In this document: positions 1 through 24,009 of the stretch, one piece after another | Layout of the letters: every line of letters begins with the position of its first letter | How positions within the stretch are numbered: position 1 is the stretch's first letter | Assembly: GCA_976226885.1 (NCBI GenBank) | Contig: OZ320313.1 | Location: 68,696,001 to 68,760,000, forward strand | Source: Iphione sp. A-MEVVRFRX5 | Taxonomy: Eukaryota | Direction of reading: 5' to 3' | Length of the DNA: 64,000 bases | Notes under the pieces: model-generated | The model's database searches: none | What the model saw: only the letters and a program-made list of their open reading frames with translations | What the model was told of the DNA's origin: nothing | Translations under genes and position numbers: made by a program

Positions 1-355
1 ACAGCAGCAGCATCGCTTAAGTACCAAAATCAAGGGCATACATGTACATAATACTAACCTATGTGGTACAGAGCTTTAGTTAACCTAATCTTGTTTGTAC
101 AATACAAAGTATTCAGGCCATAGTGTTTCCTTGGGTCATATTTTGATGTTACTGTAGGACGAATTCATTGCGCTTCCATTTGTCTCTTATGTGATCTTTG
201 AAACTCTGCATTATGTTGTTTGTTGTGTAGTGTACTGCGTGTATTTTTGAGTTGTTCCATGTTTCAATGATTCTGTTACATGTTGCTGTTGAGATATGTG
301 TTGTATGGGCATCTTGTGGTGTTTGGAATTTGCCATAGTACTGGTCCCTTAGTTC

Positions 356-2520
356 TTAGTTGCATTGTTTTGCTATGAAGTGCCTCTGTATATAGGGTGC
401 TTGTATTTGTAAGAAGGCTTTGTATCCTTGAATTAATAAATGGAAATTGATTCGTTCGATGATTAACATCATGTCTGCCATACTGTGTGCTTCTGTGGTT
501 GGTGTTCTGAAGTCAAGTTGTATTGCTCTCTTAATACCTCTCTTTTGTAGTCTTTGGAATTGTTTAATGTAATTGGCTGGGACTACAGACCATGATATGT
601 CTAAGTAGTCTATGTGTGGTAAAGCCAGGAGTTTGTACAGTTGCAGTTTAGTTTTGTTGTCAATATATTTGTTTGCCATCTTAAGTGCTGTTAGTGTTGT
701 GCTGAGTCTCTTTGTCAGATGAACTTTGTTTTATTGTTGTGTCTTTGAGTTTCAGAGTGATATATTGCCTTGCAGTCCTTAGGTCTCTTGATAATCCAAA
801 TACCATGTATTGAGTCTTATTGATATTTAGGGCCAGATTACGGAAGGTGAACCAGTCGTGTACTTTGGCTAGAGTTGTTTGTGCCATATTTGTTGCTTCT
901 TGTATCGTTTTATGTCTACATAAAATAATAGTGTCATCTGCATAGATGCAGTACTTATTTGGGGATATTGCTTGTGTAATGTTAATGTACAAGGTGAAGA
1001 GGACCGGACCCAGCACTGATCGTTGTGGGACACCTGTTTTAATTACTCTATAGCTTGATTTTACTCCATTTGCTAAAGTACATTGATGTCTATTGGTTAG
1101 ATAGTTTCTGAAAAGTCCCAGTGCTGGGCCTGTTACTCCGATGTGTTCCAGTTTGGTAATGAGCATGTTGTGTGCTACTGTGTCGAACGCCTTGGATCAA
1201 GAAGTAGAGTGATAGAGAATTGTTTTTCTTCGTTGTTCTATTGATAGTGTCTATTATGTGTTGTGCCATGGTTAATGTTGAAAAGCCCTGTCTGTATCCT
1301 CGTTTGTGGGCTAGTAAAGCATTTTTGTTGTCATGAGTCTGGTATGTATGATTTTTTCCAGTAGTTTGTGTGTGAAGGGGACAACAGCTATTGGCCTGTA
1401 AATCATGGTTGGGAGGGTTTTGTCTCCACCTTTGTGTAGAGGTGTAATTGTAGCCGTTTTCCATGACTGTGGTATATTTTGTTCTCTAAGTATTTTGTTG
1501 ATGGTGTCTGCTAATGGTGTGGTAATAACTGGTATAAGTGTCGTGATGTGTTTCATTAAGATGTTGTTATAGCCAGAAGGTTTTTTTTGTTGAAAAGTCT
1601 TAAGGATTTTTATGACTTCTTGTGCATCTGTGGGTTCGATGTATTTGAGTTTGCTCTATTCTTGTGGATGTGTGTATCTTGTGGTGGTTTTTGATAGACT
1701 TTCTTGTGTCTTCTTTCGTATATTTAATTTCGAAACGCGGCTATGTTCTGGTCTCTCAGGAGTGCTACGGAGTTGTCTTTCGTATATTTGTAAAATAGCC
1801 ATTGAGAAGATTAGCGATGGAGGTTCTTTCTGTGAAATTTGTGTTGCTTACAATTAACTTATCTATACTGAGATCTTCGGCCCTTCTTCTAGGAAGTGTG
1901 GTCTTGAGTTGTTTCCAGTACCTAGCAGGGTCATTCTTATTTTGTGTTAAATTAGTTGTAACATAGTCCCGTTTGGATTCTCTAATCTTTGTGGCTTGTT
2001 GCAGACTTTGAGAGGACTTTGTAATTTTGTATTGTTTCAAGAGTTTCTGTTCGGTTTTCCTGAGGTCAGCTATTTCTTTTGTTATCCATTTCAGTATGTT
2101 CATCGGTATTCTCTTGTACCTGTAGAGTGCATAACGGTCAAGAGTATCTATGATGTGCGATTTCAGTGCATCCCATTGTGACTGGTGTATGGGTTGTGTT
2201 GAGAGATTGTGTGTTCTTGTTGACGTAGGCTTTGAAAATGTTTTCATTGAAATTGTTGTAGTCTCTGACTTTTACAATTTGGAATCTTGGTTTGTTATTG
2301 AAAATTTTGCACCTAGTATATGTCCAAAAATGATCACTTATAATAGAGGATATTATACCTGTGACTTGGTATTTGTCTGGGTCATTAACTAGGATCAAAT
2401 CAATACAGGTGTTTGTTTTAGTGGTGACTCTAGTGGGTGATTTGAATATATTGGTTAATCCGGTGATCTGCTTTAGTTGTTTTGATTTCTTGTATTGTGG
2501 ACATCTTGTCTTTAGGTAAT
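356..2520 (-). mobile_element. Decayed non-LTR retrotransposon ORF2 (CR1/L2-like LINE): endonuclease C-terminus plus reverse transcriptase, frameshifted
   Basis: Overlapping minus ORFs give the APE end (ISDHFWTY, 2138-2398), the linker (WKQLK, 1765-2247), the pre-RT region (SWKTATITPLHKGG, YRPIAVVP), RT motifs (GVPQRSVLGPVLFTLYIN, YADDT, LALNINKTQYM, 681-1166) and the C-terminus (PHIDYLDISW, 356-679). Multiple frameshifts. Confidence 0.9.
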
Positions 2521-2799
2521 CAATGCTATTCCAAACATCAAATCAGGTCGAGTTCAGGCTCCTTCACTTTGCAATGCATGACTCTGACGTGTATGCACCT
2601 CTCCAGTTGGTACCCCTTATGTTACCTGATGTGGTTGCACCTCTCCAGCAATCCCCCCTGCGCCTCCATGTTCCATGAAGTATAGCTGATTTCATGTACA
2701 TATAGGTATGTCTTAAATAAATAACCTGTATACTGTTACATGATTGTGTCTTCTTTCAATGCCTTAGTAACATCATTAACATAAATCTCCCTCAAAATT

Positions 2800-3010
2800 T
2801 CACCACCCTCACTAGTCTATTGCAGCAATGATAACTTGACAGTGATTCATTATGTAAATACACATGCACAACGGTTGCCCTCTCATATGGTCACCTGATG
2901 AAGAGTATGCTTGATGCTCGTGTCTTAGCCAGATCACAATCATTGTTTCTTGAATAAATGCCAACCAGTGGAAACAGCTGTGGTTCATAACCTATATTTC
3001 AAGTCATCAT
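2800..3010 (+). mobile_element. Probable Penelope-like element 3' terminal repeat remnant with a broken hammerhead-like core
   Basis: CTGATGA at 2895-2901 followed by a GAG...CTC stem but no GAAA, then AATAAA at 2953-2958. This layout resembles PLE terminal repeats. Confidence 0.35.
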
Positions 3011-3109
3011 GTAATCACTTGGTACCAAGTAGTATCAGACCACCTACAGACCAGTCAAAAGACCAAGAGACCACCTGGCAGACTGCAGAGATGACCAAAT
3101 GGAGCTAGG

Positions 3110-3319
3110 GTCTAGAAAGGGTGATGGCCGGGTCTGTAGTGCAAACCCTCAGTTCCCTCCTCCCTTGACTAGGACTCCACGATGGTGACAGTTGGGCCTG
3201 TGGTGTGTAACCCTGAGTTCCCTCCTCCATTGACTAGGGCCCCAAGATGGTGATGGTCAGGCCTGTGTAAAACCCTCAGTTCCCTCTTCATCTAATGAGC
3301 ACAGTGATGGCCACACCCA
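3110..3319. repeat. Tandem repeat, ~60-65 bp unit, ~3.5 copies, running into an assembly gap
   Basis: Recurrent ccct(c/g)agttccctc(c/t)tc...gatggtga units. Confidence 0.75.
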
Positions 3320-3463
3320 NNNNNNNNNNNNNNNNNNNNNNNNNNNNNNNNNNNNNNNNNNNNNNNNNNNNNNNNNNNNNNNNNNNNNNNNNNNNNNNNN
3401 NNNNNNNNNNNNNNNNNNNNNNNNNNNNNNNNNNNNNNNNNNNNNNNNNNNNNNNNNNNNNNN
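3320..3463. other. Assembly gap (144 N)
   Basis: Run of N. Confidence 1.
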
Positions 3464-4714
3464 ATGAAAGAGGTGGGATCACTGATAAGTACTATGTCCC
3501 ATGAGCCTCACTTATGATCTGATAGCCGGTGGTGATCCTAAAAGGTAGCACTGGTAAGAGTCATGCCATCCTTTTATGATGGTGTGTGAGGGTACGGTTT
3601 TGACACTAATAGTCTCATCAGAAACTAGAGAGGTAGGCAACAGCCATCCTTTACTTGGTGATAGCTGATACGGTGCTGCCCCCCACACACACACCCTTCA
3701 GAGGGGATTCCGAAAGCTAAGGTGGCAGGGGGTACATACTTAGCCCTAAAGGTATGAAGGAGTCTGTCTCAAAGGACAGTGAGGTTCAGTGTTAGTGAAA
3801 CATCTCTGTGTTAAAGACTAGTAAGACCTGGGAAGATGGTGGGACTTTGATTATCATATTCTTCCTGTCTCCCAGATGGTCACCCCAGCGTGAGTCTACT
3901 GTATATACATGTATAAATATATAAATACCAGGTATACATAAATATACACATGCGAGGTACACTCATTCTCTTTGTCGCTGCATGTAGCACAAATTGCCAG
4001 CCCTCAAGCTAGTTTCACTGGCTATGCTACCTTATAATCTCCTATCTCTTTCTGTTCCAGTCCCTGCCACAAATCTGTTCCAGTGTTACATAATGCCAGT
4101 ACATACTCCATTATACAACTTCGCCACCACTTCCAGGATGTCTAGTTGTGGTTTACTCATGCATTATCTCCCAGTGACTGGCATGTCCTTCTCCTTTCCT
4201 CCAAGTTACTGCCACGTTCCTGGCACCCTTATTTTTCCCTTCCTATAGTGAAGATCAGATGACGCATGACTTCACAACACTGACTTTGGTCTAACCTCCA
4301 TTGATCACATAAACTGTGACTTGCATCACCAGCTTGAATCAATTGAAATCACTGATGTATGAAGCAAGTGCTAGCCTGATGTTTTGCTCCAGTGCGACTA
4401 TGCTAGAGGGCAAGGGTGCCAGTGCACCCTTTCAAAAAGCAGAATGCAAACCTCTATACCCCATTAAAAATAAAATAGGGGTGGTTGTAGGGTGACTCCA
4501 TGCACAGGGATCTGCTTAAAAAAACGTTTTCAAAAGGGTGCATTGAAAGTTCCCATGGTGCTACTGGAAGAAACATTGGAGTGACCTGGTTGGGTAGGGG
4601 GGTATTTTGGGGGAGAGGAGCGGTCAGTGAGAACTTGGTGATGGTGGAGGAGTATTAGAGGGGCATAGAAATTAGGGTGATTACTGGGGAGAGTGGTATG
4701 CTTAGGTGGGCAGT

Positions 4715-4757
4715 GGGGAGTGCATGGTTTCAACCGTACTGGTCTCATCAGGCACTT
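4715..4757 (-). ncRNA. Second hammerhead ribozyme-like core (inverted copy)
   Basis: The minus strand reads agtgc-CTGATGA-GACC-agtac-GGTT-GAAA-ccat-gcact. Stem II pairs. No canonical UH triplet can be placed. Confidence 0.5.
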
Positions 4758-5354
4758 CAAGGGAGTGGGATGGTCACCCATTACAGGGTGTATATATAGA
4801 CAGAGTAACCATCCGTTCCTCACAGAGACTCAATAGGCCCCTTCAGACAGTGGGTATACTAGAGTACTTTACAGTATTTGGGGGCAGGGGGGTCTATCTA
4901 TCCAGAGGTTTGCTGGCACTGGACTGTGGTGCCAAGAGCCCGTAAGCAGAGACCAGATGTCATCATCTCACACAAGGTCAAGAGAATAGAAAAGCACTGG
5001 AGAAATTGGGTAGTCACTCTCTGAGGAAATGGACTGTTCCCTAAAGTGAGAGTGTGCAGTGGGCAGTGACCTAGTTGCACACTGCCTCGACATTCCAGTG
5101 ACAGAAAAAAAAAATTGTTTTCTGCCCATTCTTTCTGATTCTGGCCCTATGTGGAGGGGGAACCCTCCGGCTCTCCAACTGCAGCCTATGGGTACCACAG
5201 GCTAGTACCAGCAAACCTCTGCTGTCATAGACCCCATATATATCGTAAGGTCCCCTAGTATACCCACTGCCCACAGGGGCCTTTGGAGGTTCCATATGGA
5301 CCGAGTGTGTACTCATATTTTTTACACCCTATACTGGGTGGCCATACTACTCCC

Positions 5355-5412
5355 ACGGTGCCTGATGAGACTATTACAGTCGAAACCATGCATCCTCCAT
5401 GGACCCGCAACG
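5355..5412 (+). ncRNA. Hammerhead ribozyme-like core (type I layout), probably degenerate
   Basis: CTGATGA (5362-5368), stem II GACT-attac-AGTC, GAAA (5382-5385), CCATG..CATGG. The canonical UH cleavage triplet is absent (AC). Confidence 0.55.
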
Positions 5413-7242
5413 GCTAGCCATTACCTGTCACCTTTTTCTCTTCCCCAATCCCCCCCCTCCTGCCATCCCCTCCACATCATCCCATCCCATCCTCCACCGG
5501 ACTACACTGAGGAGCCCCTCCCCCTTCTCCCCTCCCTTCCAGGAAGCATCATAGGAACTCCACATCTCCCCTCCAGAAATATATTTTTTCAAAAAATTGT
5601 TGATGAGCAGCCTCCTCTGCACTGAGGCCCCACAACCACTGCTCCCGAACTTTTAGTTGGGTCTAGAGGTTTGCATTCCACATATTGGGAGGGTGCAGTC
5701 ACCCTTGCCCTTCTGCATGGTCACACCAGAGCACAGAGACTGATTTAAACCCTTCACCACGTTTTCACATTGGACATTCCAGTGACAGTCTGCACTGACT
5801 GCTACCTAAAAACATCAATCTTTCCACTAGTCCTATTTCGTCAGTTCTGTACAGAAATAATCTTCAATACAAATGTATCTTAGCTACGCATATGCCCACG
5901 CATTTCTTCCTACCTTTCATAGTTTTTTCATAGTGGCCTAAGAAAGATCACCCTTTATCTACAGTTCGCCAGACCTGCCATGTGTCTGTTGTAAACTTGT
6001 AGATTCAGGGCTTTCCTGCTCTGTACACTGATTGGATATATCTAGGTCACTGGCAAAATATGCATCATTGTGGTGGGCCTAGGCGAAGGGTTGTTAGTGT
6101 TTAGACCCAGGGCTGCCTGGGTTTGTAGACAGGGAATCCACCGATGTTCAATTAGAAGATGAAGATGAAGGGCAACGTTGCTCCGAGGCGACTGTGGATA
6201 AGGTCCGCTGAATATCTATATTTCCTTTTTTTTTGGGGGGGGGGGGGCAATACCAACTTGGTGTCTGATCTCCAAGAAAACAGTGAGATTTGTACTGTTT
6301 CAATCTGCAAAAACTTCACGCAGCTTTGACTACTGAATTGATTGAAACCATGTAAATGTCCTAGTTACAGGCAATTTCTCACTGTTCAGCAAGTATTTAG
6401 ACACTAGAAAGTATTCCAGTAGATTCGGCAGTTAACTTTAATAAGGACAAGTCACGTTGAATGACAGAGTTGGGCCTTCTGTAAAATCTAGAGTAAGCTA
6501 AGTCTACTACTGGATAAAGGAGGGGGTCTAGCAGTAGTAAGAATAAAATCCCGAAGGAGATAACAACATAGATAACAGACAACATGCCTTTACAAATAAT
6601 GCCGCTGTGATGAAGAGTTATGTACCTGGGACCATTCAAACTACCAAACTTTGTATCCAAATAATACAAATCCAGGGTCCAGGATAGTCATAACATTGCC
6701 TGTTTCTTGAGACAAGACTTGGCAAAACCAAATCTGGCTGCATATGTGGATCATGCTGATGTATAAAATGAAATGCAATACCCTACATGACAAAAAACAT
6801 GGAATATTGGCAGTATTCACAGTGCACAAAACTAAGATAAATGAGCACACGTCTCACTTACCAGCCATACACTTGTCGTGACGCCACTTTGACTTTACCG
6901 GGTCAAGACCACAGATGTGATTGGTGTGTTTGGCTTGGTTTTGTTTCAAGTTATGTCATTGGATGTATAATGTCAACAATATATATTTTCCAACTTTGCA
7001 GCAGCAGACCTGAAAGTTTTTTTTCCTCGTCATGCATATTCGCTCGTTTGCAACATAAATGCTTAAAATAATTTAAAGTCTCAGCCTGATTTCCCGGCAT
7101 CCTCGAAACAAAATGTCAGCCTGCGGAGTGGAGCGGAGGCGAAGGTTGAGATAGTGACATGTTTCGTGGAGAAAACTGTTACATTGTACCTTTGATTTCA
7201 AAGTATTACTTTTGACACCATTTATGTATCTAGACCCACAAC

Positions 7243-20830
<13,588 letters not shown>

Positions 20831-21989
20831 ATGTTAAATTTTAACACATGTATACATTTTAGACGATATAGTGTATACGGTGCAGAAATTTCCAGCATGA
20901 AAAACATAAAGCCTGCTGTATGTGTAGAGGAGAAGTCAGTGCTGTATACTCTTTTTCAGAGTAACGGGGAATTTTTTAGATATTTGTAACAAGGACCGAA
21001 TGCACATCAGAATTGTACACTATAAGAAATAAATAGATTACATGCAATGCAAGTAGGCAATTATTGCATATATCCCTGTAATGATAAAATAATAAAAATG
21101 CGAAGGCTAGTATTTTGCGTTCTTATGCCAGCAGTTTAATTACTTGAATTGGGTTGCACTAGTTATGGGTCATAAATGTGACAAGAATGTACCGCTAGCT
21201 CCTCAAACTGCATGCATTATAATCACCATTGCTACAGAAAGTCACATTTCATGGGTGTACCTTTTGTATATGGAGTAAGGTTTATAAAGACATCGTCACA
21301 TGGCGTTTCCGCTTACTAAATTGTTTTTTTGCGGGGGGAGGGGGGCGTCCCCCACTATAATGGCATGGGTGTTCAGATACTGGTGGGTGATATAGCACTG
21401 TACTGAAATTTGTCTCCTGTTTGCCAAAGTATTGAATCCCAAGGTGTTTTTTGACTTATTTCATCAAGTTGTAGCTTTGGCAAGTGACTTGAAGGAGTTC
21501 TCTCAATGTAAGATGGTCTCTGACTATTTGGCTGGCCATAAACTGGTGCGCCACAGTGGTTAATCTGACATCATTTCGTGCCCTTGATGGTATCGTCTTG
21601 ACCATACAAATAAAGTTTGATAGCATCACATATTATTTGTAATGTGTTGGATAATGGAAGTGACATTTCACATGCATGTATGTCTTCCTATGAATTCTTT
21701 CCCGTTTTTTGTTTGAAGGATTTGAGAAAGAAATACCTGACAACTGTTGCAAGTGATGGTGCCAGTCATACGCATGAATCATCAATTAGGTATACAGTGT
21801 GACGCCCCCCGTTACCTGTTTCGGGCATAGTTATTTAAACATAGTTTTGTTCAGAGTAGAGTCTCTTGTCTTAAGGCTTACATTGTCAAGACAGTCCTTG
21901 AGATAAAACAATGATTCTTTCTTTTTGTCTTTTGCTGAGCCACATAAGCCGGCCACCACATCGACTTTGGTTGGTGGACCAGGGAGGAT

Positions 21990-22310
21990 ATGGTTCTGGC
22001 TGGCATAGACACACAGAAATTATCTGCTCCTTCTACCTCGTCTTCTCCTGCATCTAAATTCTCCAAGGTGGGCATGCCTCTGTTTGGGATAATGAAGAGG
22101 GGCATGTGGAATCATGTGAACACATTTAATCATTTTTACTGTGATAGACATCCGGTAATTGGATATTCCATATTTCTTCATGGCTTTTAAGTGTGAGGTA
22201 GACATCTGGAGTGTAGTAGTAGACCGAAAAGCTCGTAGATTACATAAATTTAGCAGGCAGAACACCCCTTCGGTTGGCAGAATGCGGACATTTGCAGTGC
22301 TTGGCAGTGG
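21990..22310 (+). pseudogene. Decayed ankyrin-repeat coding fragment (about 4 repeats)
   Basis: Manual translation gives HRHTEII (~22007), EEGHVESC (~22100), LHGF*V*GRHLEC (~22200) and NLAGRTPLRLAECGHLQCL (~22250-22300). Spacing is 86-100 nt against ~99 nt for an ankyrin repeat. Stops and frameshifts present. Confidence 0.45.
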
Positions 22311-22789
22311 CAGCACCGAGTATGAGTGAGGACCCCTTCACTTTGCCCATGTACAAGCGGGGCCATTGGCTATATACCAACCTGTAACCCTTTGATGTGC
22401 TAAGTCCCAGTGCCTGGATGGTTACCCAGTCACTCACATACTTTGTGCCTGCCAGAAGCTCTCAGCTGGTCACCGGTGGAGCACTTCTTCCTTCATGCTC
22501 CCCCAACTACTATAACACTGGGTTGGGGGGTGTCAGTGATGAGCACCATGTGAACTGGTAATAGCTGGTTGCACACCCCACTTTGTATCACTCACTGCCA
22601 CGTGTCAATCATCGTTATGACATGATTGCCACCGCAAGAAGTACTGTCTGTGGCTACCCAGCTCCATGTGAACAATTTGGTTGGGGGGTGGTGCCTGGTA
22701 TTATCATGGCTGTTATGAGCCACACACCACACCTGTTATAACCCATTCACCATCACCCTCCGTCTCGGCCTGTGGCCTCGACATCGGGC

Positions 22790-23500
22790 GATAGTGAAGC
22801 GACCCTGCACGGCCAAACATACTTAAAGGGGAGACTAGGGTAGCATCTTTATTAGAAGAAGGGCTAACCTTCCGCCCTACCCCAGGAGAGATAGACGTGG
22901 GTGAGAAGAAGGGAAGTTTAGATCGCTTCCAGAACAAACTACGATTTGCAAATTATTACGGAGAACAAAATGAGAAATCCACTGAACAGACACATAAGGT
23001 AACTAAAGAGAATAAATAAGGAGAGCCAGCCACCAAAACGGGGACCAAATGGTCCCCCATTACTAGAAACCATGATTAACATCAATGAAATAGAGATAGA
23101 TAGAATGAAGGTGAGCGATCCCAGATGCAAAAACAGCAGAGAAGAAAATATAGCACAAAAACAATTAAAAGGGAATAGAGACATTGTAATCAAGAGAGCA
23201 AATAAGGGTGGAGCTATAGTCATACTCGACAATAGGGAACCTGCTCAAAACAAAAAATGCACAAACGCCCCAACTTTATTTACTGCCACACATGCCACAA
23301 ACACCACAGTAGCTCAACATTTCAATACATGGCCCCCCCCCCATAAACCATTAAAATGGGAGGGAGTTGAGATCTCCATCCTGGAATTTTTCCATCACTC
23401 GCCAACCGCGGAAAACCGTCTGATCAATGAGAAGTTAGAGCGGAGATGGATACACAGACTCAAGACTGTGATCCCAGAAGGGTTGAACACTATGGACTAA
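22790..23500 (+). mobile_element. Internally deleted Penelope-like retroelement (N-terminal region fused to the GIY-YIG C-terminus)
   Basis: LLEEGLTFRPTP..SLDRFQNKLR (PLE N-terminus), then DIVIKRANKGGAIVILD (pre-RT) followed in frame by VAQHFN..ILE..RL..ERRWIHRLKTVIPEGLN (endonuclease end). RT is missing. Confidence 0.85.
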
Positions 23501-24009
23501 ACCGGATTTACCCAACACCCACCCACACCATTTCATGTTCATTCAATCAGGGTATTGGGCCAAATCTGACGGTGACTCACAAGACGTCTAAACTGGGAGT
23601 CGGGTCCGGCCATGCTCAACCACCAGGAGACTCTTGCCTTCGTCAAGACGACCGCCCCTCAGGGCCCACCTGGCAATATCGGACTGGTCATACATACGAC
23701 TATCATGTCGAAACCACTTTTTAAATTGAATGTAATGAGTCCAACCACAAACAATACAGTCAAAAGATATCCCAGCACTATCCAATGCTCATATATTGGC
23801 ATAAATTGCATAATATTGGGCTTTTTGCAAGACATACCTTATTTGTAATTCAACAAATTGGGTTGCCTACCAACCAGTTCCTCCCCTCATGAACCCTTGG
23901 TAATGCTGACATCACAATGCATCACACTATGATGTCACAATGGGTTTAGAATGGTTTTGAGCATAACAGTCAGTCATAGACTGAACAGTGGTTGCGCACA
24001 CACCTTAGA

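Larger units (their letters stand above)
4530..5600. repeat. Diverged inverted repeat pair (arms ~4530-4950 and ~5180-5600)
   Basis: 4721-4797 tgcatggtttcaaccgtactggtctcatcaggcac... matches the reverse complement of 5315-5392. aggcccct..cagtgggtatactag and cagaggtttgctgg..ctgtggt also occur in both arms in opposite orientation. Confidence 0.85.

Noticed and set aside
6397-6669. 90-aa minus ORF with a hydrophobic stretch
   Set aside because: No homology recognised and no consistent exon chain.
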